From an uncultured Pseudomonadota bacterium (GTDB taxonomy: Bacteria > SAR324 > NAC60-12), in contig CAJWCD010000042.1 of assembly GCA_913020725.1 (NCBI GenBank), forward strand, positions 1 through 24,403: DNA of 24,403 bases, written 5' to 3'. Position 1 is the first letter of the stretch; every line of letters starts with the position of its first letter. Both the position numbers and the translations under genes were made by a program. This document shows positions 17,681 to 24,403 of this stretch, piece by piece. Under the pieces are notes generated by a model. The model searched no databases, was not told where the DNA came from, and worked only from the letters and a program-made list of their open reading frames with translations.

Positions 17681-18709
17681 TCACCCCTTGGGCCAAGTGT
17701 CGCTGAGGCGGTAGCCGTCGGGCCAAGGGTCACGAGGATCGAGCATGAGGGTCTTCATGCCCGTGATCCACGCCCGGCCTTGGATGGAGGGCAGAATCGC
17801 CGCGCGGTCGCCGCAGCGTGTCTCAGCCTCGATGCGGCAGTCGAAGCGCGAGTCGATCAGGGAGAGACCAACGTAGGGTTCGCCAACGGCCAACTCGCCT
17901 CGCGTGTGCAACACTGCCATGCGGGCCGAGCAGCCTGTGCCGCAGGGGGAGCGGTCCAGTTTTCCGGGGCGGATGACCACGGCGCTGCGCCCAGTTTTCA
18001 CGCCGTCCACGACTTGCACTGGGCCCGTGATTTCGCAAAAAGACAAATGCCGCCACTCCGGAAGTTCCGGATGCGAAAACCCCAACTGCTCGTTGGCCGC
18101 AGCGGTGATGCGCGTTCCAACCGTCGCCAAATCACGGGCCTCGTCCGGAGTCAGCGAAAATCCCAAGCTTTGGGCTGCAATCAGCACAAAGGAATCGCCT
18201 CCAAACGCGGTGTCCACGGTCAGCGTCCCGATGCCTTCCACTTCCAGCGAAGCCTCCAGTCGATCCGCAAACGAGGGCAGGTTGTGCACCCGGATGGCCT
18301 CCACACGCCCGTCCCGGCAAGTTGCCCGCACCTCGACCACCCCGCCCGGAGCCTCCAGTTTCATGAGGGTTTCCGGTTCCTGCATCGGCACCCGTCCCGT
18401 TTCTAGCAGCACCGTCGCCACGCAGATCGAGTTGGACCCGGACATCGGCGGGGTGTCCGCCGGTTCCATGATGATGAACGCGGCGTCCGCCTCCGGATGC
18501 TTGGGAGGAACCAGCAGGTTGACGTGCCGGAAGACTCCGCCTCGCGGTTCGTTGAGAACGAAGTTACGCAGGGTTTCATCTTTGGCAATGAACCGCGACT
18601 GTTCCCAAATCGTCTTGCCCGGAGGGGGCGTGATCCCACCGACGATCACGTCTCCGACTTCCCCTTCGGCGTGGCATTCGACAAGGTTGATGGCCCGTTT
18701 GCTTTGCAT
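17681..18709 (-). CDS. Proline racemase superfamily protein (hydroxyproline epimerase/dehydratase-like; Ser/Cys dyad; 342 aa)
   Basis: ATG 18709 after [57 protein letters not shown]. Confidence 0.88.
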   Translation of the reverse strand: MQSKRAINLVECHAEGEVGDVIVGGITPPPGKTIWEQSRFIAKDETLRNFVLNEPRGGVFRHVNLLVPPKHPEADAAFIIMEPADTPPMSGSNSICVATVLLETGRVPMQEPETLMKLEAPGGVVEVRATCRDGRVEAIRVHNLPSFADRLEASLEVEGIGTLTVDTAFGGDSFVLIAAQSLGFSLTPDEARDLATVGTRITAAANEQLGFSHPELPEWRHLSFCEITGPVQVVDGVKTGRSAVVIRPGKLDRSPCGTGCSARMAVLHTRGELAVGEPYVGLSLIDSRFDCRIEAETRCGDRAAILPSIQGRAWITGMKTLMLDPRDPWPDGYRLSDTWPKG

Positions 18710-18790
18710 TGTTTGCTTTACCTCAAAAAGTGCAGAACGTAGGCATCGCCCGCTCCCACAGTTTCTTGAACACGGGCTGAGAAAATTTAA

Positions 18791-18799
18791 ATTGTAGCA
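18791..18799 (-). promoter_or_regulatory. Extended -10 element upstream of the racemase-family gene
   Basis: Minus strand TGCTACAAT (TGn plus TACAAT), about 80 nt before ATG 18709, in an AT-rich patch. Confidence 0.45.
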
Positions 18800-18928
18800 T
18801 ACTGTCGAGCGCGACTCCACTCCCCAAACTCCCCTACTTGCCCTTCTTGGGGCAATGTGCTGTCCTGTTTTTTTATAAAGTCCCTCGCCGAGGGAACCCA
18901 GCAACCCAAATCCGTGAAGAGGCAAATC

Positions 18929-21900
18929 GTGGTAAACGAAGAACGAACGAGTGTGAAAAAATCCGTGGAAGCAAGCATTGCAGAGGGCGTGAAGTGGCGC
19001 TGCATCGGACCCTCCCGTGGGGGGCGGGTGGTGGCGGTGGCCGGAGATCCGGTTAACTCACAGATGTTTTATTTTGGTGCGGCGGCAGGCGGTGTTTGGA
19101 AAACCGAGGACGGCGGCACTTACTGGGAGAACATCTCGGACGGCTTCCTCGGCAGTGCGGCGGTCGGCGCCCTTCAGGTGGCGCCTTCGGACCCCAATGT
19201 GATCTACGCGGGCATGGGAGAAAGCACCATCCGGATTGACGTTTCCTACGGAGACGGCGTTTACAAATCCACCGATGCGGGCAAAACGTGGACCAATCTC
19301 GGACTCAAGGAAACCCGGCACATCGGCGAAATCCGCATCCATCCGGACAATCCGGACGTGGTCTATGTTGCTGCGTTGGGACATGCCTTTGGCCCCAACA
19401 AAGAACGCGGGGTCTATCGTTCCAAGGACGGCGGACAAACGTGGGAGCAGATTCTCTTCCGCAGTGAGAAGGCCGGGGCGATTGACCTGACGATGGATCC
19501 GAACAACCCGCGCATCCTCTACGCCTCGTGCTGGGAAGCGTACCGCGACTTCTGGAGCCTCAACAGCGGTGGACCGGACAGCAGCCTCTATCGCTCCACG
19601 GACGGGGGTGACTCTTGGACGGAAATCACCAACAACCCCGGACTGCCAAAGGGGACTTTGGGCAAGATCGGCGTGGCAACGGCTCCAGCACAAAGCGGGC
19701 GCGTCTGGGCGATCATTGAAGCCGAAGACGCCGGACTTTACCGTTCGGACGACGGCGGGGAGAGTTGGATTCGCACCTCCGGGAACCGCGACCTCATCCA
19801 CCGCCCGTGGTACTACTGCCACGTCTTCGCGGATCCACAACACGCGGACACGGTTTATCTCACCAACCTGCAAATGTGGAAGTCCTCCGATGGCGGCGCC
19901 ACCTTCAAGGAAATCACCACCCCGCACGGCGACAATCACGACCTCTGGATTGATCCGAACAACCCACAACGCATGGTGCAAGGCAACGACGGCGGCGCGA
20001 ATGTTTCCTACAACGGCGGAAAAACGTGGTCCACGATCTACAACCAACTCACTGCGCAGTTCTACCGCATCGACACCGACAACCAGTTTCCTTACCGCGT
20101 GTACGCGACGCAGCAGGACAACACCAGCATCAGCGTTCCCAGTGCCAGCGAGTACGGAGCGATCACGCTCAACGAAACCTTCCTGCCCGGAACTGGCGAG
20201 AGCGGCTTCATCGTCGTCAAACCGGATGATCCGGACATTGTTTACATCGGCGCCGTCGGCAGCTCTCCCGGAGGCGAAGGGGCGCTCCAGCACTACAACC
20301 ACCGCACCAAGCAATTGCGGCTCGTCAACGTCTGGCCGGAAGAGTGCTTCGGCTGGGCGGCCAAAGACCTCAAGTACCGCTTCTCATGGACTTTTCCGAT
20401 CAGCTTTTCACCGCATAACACCGGAACGGTTTACGCCTGCGGGAATCACGTTTTCTGCACCCAAAACGAAGGACACAGTTGGGAAACCCTCAGCCCCGAT
20501 TTGACCCGTGCCGATGCAAACAAGCTTGGTGTTTCCGGAGGATTGACGGTGGACAGTAGTGGCGCCGAGCATTACGGCACCATCAGCGCCTTCGTCGAAT
20601 CACCGCACCAACCCGGAGTGTTCTGGACCGGAAGCGACGATGGACTCGTCCATGTCTCCCGCGATGGCGGAGCAAACTGGGAGTCGATCACGCCTCCGGA
20701 TCTGCCGGAGTGGGCGCTGATTTATTGCATCGAAGCCTCCGCGCACGATCCGGAGACCGTGTACCTCTCCGCCACGCGCTACAAGCTCGACGACTACCGA
20801 CCCTTGCTCTACAAGACCACCGATGGTGGCAAAAGCTGGTCGAGCATCAACGGTGACTATCCGGAGACTGAAATCAGCCGTGTGATCCGTGCAGACCCGA
20901 CCTGCCCCGGATTGCTTTTTGTCGGCTCGGAAACCGGGATTTTCGTGAGCCTCAACGACGGGGAAAATTGGCAGCGGTTGCAAGGCAACCTGCCGGTGGT
21001 TCCGGTCTATGACCTGAAAATCAAGAACGGCGATTTGGTGGCTGGAACCCACGGACGCGCCTTCTGGATTCTGGACGACCTCACGCCGCTACGCCAACTC
21101 AGCCAGCAGCAAGCCACGGAGGGCATCCGTAGCTTCCCGCCACGCCCGACGTATCGTTGCACCTTGCATTGGAGCACGAACATTTTCCTCGGCGACGGCA
21201 AGAACTACAGCCCGGCCTTTGGCTTGTCCGGAACCACTTACGAGGTCAGAACTCCGGAAGGTGAGAAATCCTTCAAGCACCTCGACCTTGGAGAGAATCC
21301 ACCGCAGGGTGCGATCCTCCACTACCACTTGGACAAGGAACCAGAGCAGCCCATTGACATCACGATTTTTGATGCGAACGGCAAGGAGATCGAAACCTTC
21401 TCCAGCAAGAAAACGGATGATGCAACTGCCGATCAATCCAAGGAGGATGTGGAGGACGAGGACGACAAGAAACCCGTCGTTCCGGCGCAGCCGGGACTCA
21501 ATCGTTTTGTCTGGAACCTGCGCTATCCCGGACCCAAGGAAAAACTTGACAAGTCGCTGGAGGTACCCGGCTACAAGCCTCTGGGACGCGGCGAAGGCGG
21601 TGGGGTCAGAGGTCCGGTTGCCACGCCCGGAACCTATCAGGTGCGGCTCAAATGCGGAGAGGCAGAAACCACCCACGCCTTCGAGATTCTGAAAGACCCT
21701 AGGCTGGACACCACTCCGGAGGATTTTGCGGAGCAGTTCGAGTTGTGGACAAAAATCACCGAGAAGGTGTCCGCTGCGAACAAAGCACTCAACCGCCTGC
21801 GCCGCCTCAAGCAACAGCTCAAGGAGTTGTCCGGACGGGACCGTCTCAAAGGTTCCGAAGGCGAGATTTGGCAGGCCATCACGGCTTTGCAGGAACGCTT

Positions 21901-22174
21901 GGAAGCGGTGGAGAACATGCTCGTGCAGACTCAGCATGAAACTCCATCGGATCGTTTGCGGCATCCGGCGATGCTCAAGGATCGGCTGGAGGGTTTGGTC
22001 TGGTCGGTCGCGGTGGCCGATGCCCGACCTCCGGAACAGGTGCAGGCGGTTTACAAACACCTCAGCGGACAGATTGACGAACAACTGGCCCTGCTGAAAA
22101 AACTGGAGTCTGCGGAAGTGGTTGCCCTCAACACTCGACTAAAAACCGAGGAGGTTCCGGCCCTTGAAGGCTGA
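18929..22174 (+). CDS. BNR/Asp-box (Vps10/sortilin-like) beta-propeller protein, putative glycosyl hydrolase, with C-terminal helical tail
   Basis: [12 protein letters not shown] start motif; 11 Asp-box-like repeats ([40 protein letters not shown], etc.); [39 protein letters not shown]. Start probably GTG 18929 (GAAGAGG upstream) or GTG 18953. Confidence 0.82.
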   Translation: MVNEERTSVKKSVEASIAEGVKWRCIGPSRGGRVVAVAGDPVNSQMFYFGAAAGGVWKTEDGGTYWENISDGFLGSAAVGALQVAPSDPNVIYAGMGESTIRIDVSYGDGVYKSTDAGKTWTNLGLKETRHIGEIRIHPDNPDVVYVAALGHAFGPNKERGVYRSKDGGQTWEQILFRSEKAGAIDLTMDPNNPRILYASCWEAYRDFWSLNSGGPDSSLYRSTDGGDSWTEITNNPGLPKGTLGKIGVATAPAQSGRVWAIIEAEDAGLYRSDDGGESWIRTSGNRDLIHRPWYYCHVFADPQHADTVYLTNLQMWKSSDGGATFKEITTPHGDNHDLWIDPNNPQRMVQGNDGGANVSYNGGKTWSTIYNQLTAQFYRIDTDNQFPYRVYATQQDNTSISVPSASEYGAITLNETFLPGTGESGFIVVKPDDPDIVYIGAVGSSPGGEGALQHYNHRTKQLRLVNVWPEECFGWAAKDLKYRFSWTFPISFSPHNTGTVYACGNHVFCTQNEGHSWETLSPDLTRADANKLGVSGGLTVDSSGAEHYGTISAFVESPHQPGVFWTGSDDGLVHVSRDGGANWESITPPDLPEWALIYCIEASAHDPETVYLSATRYKLDDYRPLLYKTTDGGKSWSSINGDYPETEISRVIRADPTCPGLLFVGSETGIFVSLNDGENWQRLQGNLPVVPVYDLKIKNGDLVAGTHGRAFWILDDLTPLRQLSQQQATEGIRSFPPRPTYRCTLHWSTNIFLGDGKNYSPAFGLSGTTYEVRTPEGEKSFKHLDLGENPPQGAILHYHLDKEPEQPIDITIFDANGKEIETFSSKKTDDATADQSKEDVEDEDDKKPVVPAQPGLNRFVWNLRYPGPKEKLDKSLEVPGYKPLGRGEGGGVRGPVATPGTYQVRLKCGEAETTHAFEILKDPRLDTTPEDFAEQFELWTKITEKVSAANKALNRLRRLKQQLKELSGRDRLKGSEGEIWQAITALQERLEAVENMLVQTQHETPSDRLRHPAMLKDRLEGLVWSVAVADARPPEQVQAVYKHLSGQIDEQLALLKKLESAEVVALNTRLKTEEVPALEG

Positions 22175-22222
22175 AGTGCTGCGGTTCCCAGTCGATTCAT
22201 CACAGCTAACCGGAAATCCCAC

Positions 22223-24301
22223 ATGACCCAACGCGACCCTCGTTACGACATTCTCTTTGAGCCGGTGCAGATTGGTCCGGTGACGGCCCGGAATCGCTTT
22301 TATCAGGTTCCACACTGCAACGGGATGGGGTATTTGCGTCCCAACACGCTGGCGGCCATGCGCGGGATCAAGGCGGAAGGGGGTTGGGCAGTGGTCTGTA
22401 CGGAGGAAGTGGAAATCCACGCCACCTCAGACAACGGTTCAGCGGCGGAAGGGCGTCTGTGGGATGACGGAGATATTCCGGCATTGGCAAAAATGACGGA
22501 AGCCGTACATGAACATGGTGCATTGGCCGGAATAGAATTGGTGCATGGCGGTTATTCCAACGCCAATCACTACAGCCGGATTCCACCAATTGCACCCAGC
22601 GGGATTTCTGTCAATTCTTACGATCCAGTGCAAGCGCGGGCGATGAACAAAGCCGATATCCGGAACTTTCGCAAGTGGCACCGTCAGGCGGCTTTGCGAG
22701 CCAAGCAGGCTGAGTTTGATTTGGTTTATGTCTATGCCGGACACAGCCTGACTTTGTTGATGCACTTTCTTTCCCGCCGCTTCAATCAACGCACAGACGA
22801 ATACGGAGGGAGTCTGGAAAACCGGGTGCGCCTCTTTCGAGAAGTGCTGGAAGACACCAAGGAGGTAGTGGGGGATCGTTGTGCTGTTGTGGTGCGTTTT
22901 GCAGTTGATGAACTACTCGGCCCCCAAGGCATCACCTCCGAAAATGAGGGGCGGGAAATTGTGGAAATGCTGGCAGAATTGCCCGATCTTTGGGATGTCA
23001 ATATCAGTGAATGGCACAACGATTCGGCGACCTCTCGTTTTGAAAAAGAGGGCTATCAGGAGCGTTACATCAGTTTTGTAAAATCTCTGACCTCCAAACC
23101 AGTGGTGGGCGTGGGACGCTATACTTCTCCGGACACGATGGTCTCACTGATTCAGCGAGGTGTGATGGACATGATCGGCGCAGCGCGGCCATCCATCGCT
23201 GATCCGTTTCTGCCCAAGAAAATCGAGGAAGGACGCCTCGATGAAATCCGGGAATGCATCGGTTGCAATATCTGCGTAGCAGGAGATTGGCTCGCGGTGC
23301 CGATGCGTTGCACACAAAACCCCACGATGGGGGAAGAGTGGCGGCGCGACTGGCATCCTGAGAGGATCGCAGCTCGTAAAAGTGACGATGGTGTGTTGGT
23401 GGTTGGCGGTGGGCCTGCCGGATTGGAATGCGCTCTGGCTTTAGGAAAACGCGGATACCGTGTGATTTTGGTGGACGCCTCCGCAGAACTTGGCGGACGA
23501 GTCAGTCGAGAATGCCAACTGCCCGGGCTTGCTGAGTGGGGGCGTGTCCGTGATTACCGGGTGGGGCTTTTGGACAAGTTGGAGAATGTGACGGTTTACC
23601 CGGAAAGTTTGCTGAAACCAGAAGACATTCTTGAGTTCAGCGGGAAGGATGAATTTGATTTTGCCCATGTCTTTCTGGCAACCGGCGCCACTTGGAGACG
23701 AGACGGAATTGCACGACAACACCGTGAGACCATTTCCGGATTGGAAGCAGTGACCGTGTTGACTCCAGATGATCTCATGGATGGTGTACCCGCAAACGGG
23801 CAAGTGGTCATCTTTGATGATGAACACTACTACATGGGCGGAGTGCTTGCCGAAAAACTGCGTTTAGAGGGGCATGATGTGCGGTTGGTCACTCCAGCTC
23901 CAGATATTTCCACTTGGACGCACCAGACGATGGAGCAAACTCGCATTCAGACGCGGCTGCTGGAACTTGGTGTGGAACTCACTCCACAACACAACCTCGT
24001 CTCGGTTCATCCGAGTGCCGTCGAACTCGCCTGTGTGTTCACGGAACGGAGAGTCAGGCTCTCTTGTGACACCTTGGTGTTGGTCACGGAACGCTTGCCC
24101 AACGACAACCTCTACCACGCTTTGCAGGCCAATCCGAAAGAGCTTGTCAGTGCCAGCATCAAGACGATCCAGTCGATCGGGGATTGCCTCGCTCCCGGAA
24201 TCATCGCCGCCGCAGTGCATTCCGGACACCTCGCTGCACGGGAGCTTGAAGCGGAGCATCCGGGAGAAGTTCCGTTTAGGCGCGAACGGGTGATGGTCTG
24301 A
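22223..24301 (+). CDS. Trimethylamine/histamine dehydrogenase-family flavoprotein (cysteinyl-FMN, 4Fe-4S), histamine-dehydrogenase-like
   Basis: RDPRYDILFEPVQIGP..NRFYQVPHC (FMN-linked Cys), KAEGGW, YxxH (YAGH), RTDEYGGSLENR, ARPSIADP, CIGCNIC-x11-C, GGGPAG, IGDCLAPG. Confidence 0.88.
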   Translation: MTQRDPRYDILFEPVQIGPVTARNRFYQVPHCNGMGYLRPNTLAAMRGIKAEGGWAVVCTEEVEIHATSDNGSAAEGRLWDDGDIPALAKMTEAVHEHGALAGIELVHGGYSNANHYSRIPPIAPSGISVNSYDPVQARAMNKADIRNFRKWHRQAALRAKQAEFDLVYVYAGHSLTLLMHFLSRRFNQRTDEYGGSLENRVRLFREVLEDTKEVVGDRCAVVVRFAVDELLGPQGITSENEGREIVEMLAELPDLWDVNISEWHNDSATSRFEKEGYQERYISFVKSLTSKPVVGVGRYTSPDTMVSLIQRGVMDMIGAARPSIADPFLPKKIEEGRLDEIRECIGCNICVAGDWLAVPMRCTQNPTMGEEWRRDWHPERIAARKSDDGVLVVGGGPAGLECALALGKRGYRVILVDASAELGGRVSRECQLPGLAEWGRVRDYRVGLLDKLENVTVYPESLLKPEDILEFSGKDEFDFAHVFLATGATWRRDGIARQHRETISGLEAVTVLTPDDLMDGVPANGQVVIFDDEHYYMGGVLAEKLRLEGHDVRLVTPAPDISTWTHQTMEQTRIQTRLLELGVELTPQHNLVSVHPSAVELACVFTERRVRLSCDTLVLVTERLPNDNLYHALQANPKELVSASIKTIQSIGDCLAPGIIAAAVHSGHLAARELEAEHPGEVPFRRERVMV

Positions 24302-24308
24302 AAGGGGG

Positions 24309-24337
24309 TTGACATCATGGAAACTAGATATTATCGT
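24309..24337 (+). promoter_or_regulatory. Sigma-70 promoter for a transcript leaving the window
   Basis: TTGACA (24309-24314), 17 nt, TATCGT (24332-24337), immediately after the preceding stop. Confidence 0.55.
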
Positions 24338-24403
24338 AAATAAGCGTGTGAGTCGGCGCGGAGTTTTTCGGTTTCGGGGTTCATGCCGCCTTGAGTCATG
24401 CCT

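Noticed and set aside
17594..18797. Plus-strand ORFs of 270 and 297 aa
   Set aside because: Antisense to the well-supported racemase-family gene.
18838..18875. Hairpin TTGCCC/GGGCAA with a downstream T run
   Set aside because: The T run is about 12 nt from the stem and no gene ends here.
19058..22084. Antisense and alternate-frame ORFs (418, 311 and 331 aa) within the BNR gene
   Set aside because: Shadow ORFs with biased composition and no family signature.
1..24403. CRISPR arrays, tRNA/rRNA genes, sigma-54 promoters, known riboswitches
   Set aside because: No regularly spaced repeats, cloverleaf, TGGCAC-N5-TTGC or recognisable aptamer seen by eye in the intergenic regions.

Overview
A GC-rich (roughly 58% by eye) bacterial window dominated by amine and amino-acid catabolism. 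In order: the left end of an insertion sequence with a frameshifted transposase start (1-246); a Bcr/CflA MFS exporter; glgX; a PilZ-like orphan gene divergent from a solitary sigma-28-driven flagellin; a partial polyamine gamma-glutamylation cluster (spuB, spuC, binding protein, one permease, no ATPase or second permease); a minus-strand peptide ABC operon (order D-F-A-B-C) preceded by a Ser/Cys proline-racemase-family gene; and, divergently, a BNR/Vps10 beta-propeller protein with no signal peptide followed by a histamine-dehydrogenase-like flavoenzyme. The strongest signal not explained by the genes is the palindrome TCCGGA: about 60 copies by hand count versus about 8 expected from base composition, reminiscent of cyanobacterial HIP1, with a marked gap in the peptide ABC genes. 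The IS end and flagellin style suggest a deltaproteobacterial (possibly SAR324-like) host, which is only an impression. All homology calls are from motif recognition, not database searches.
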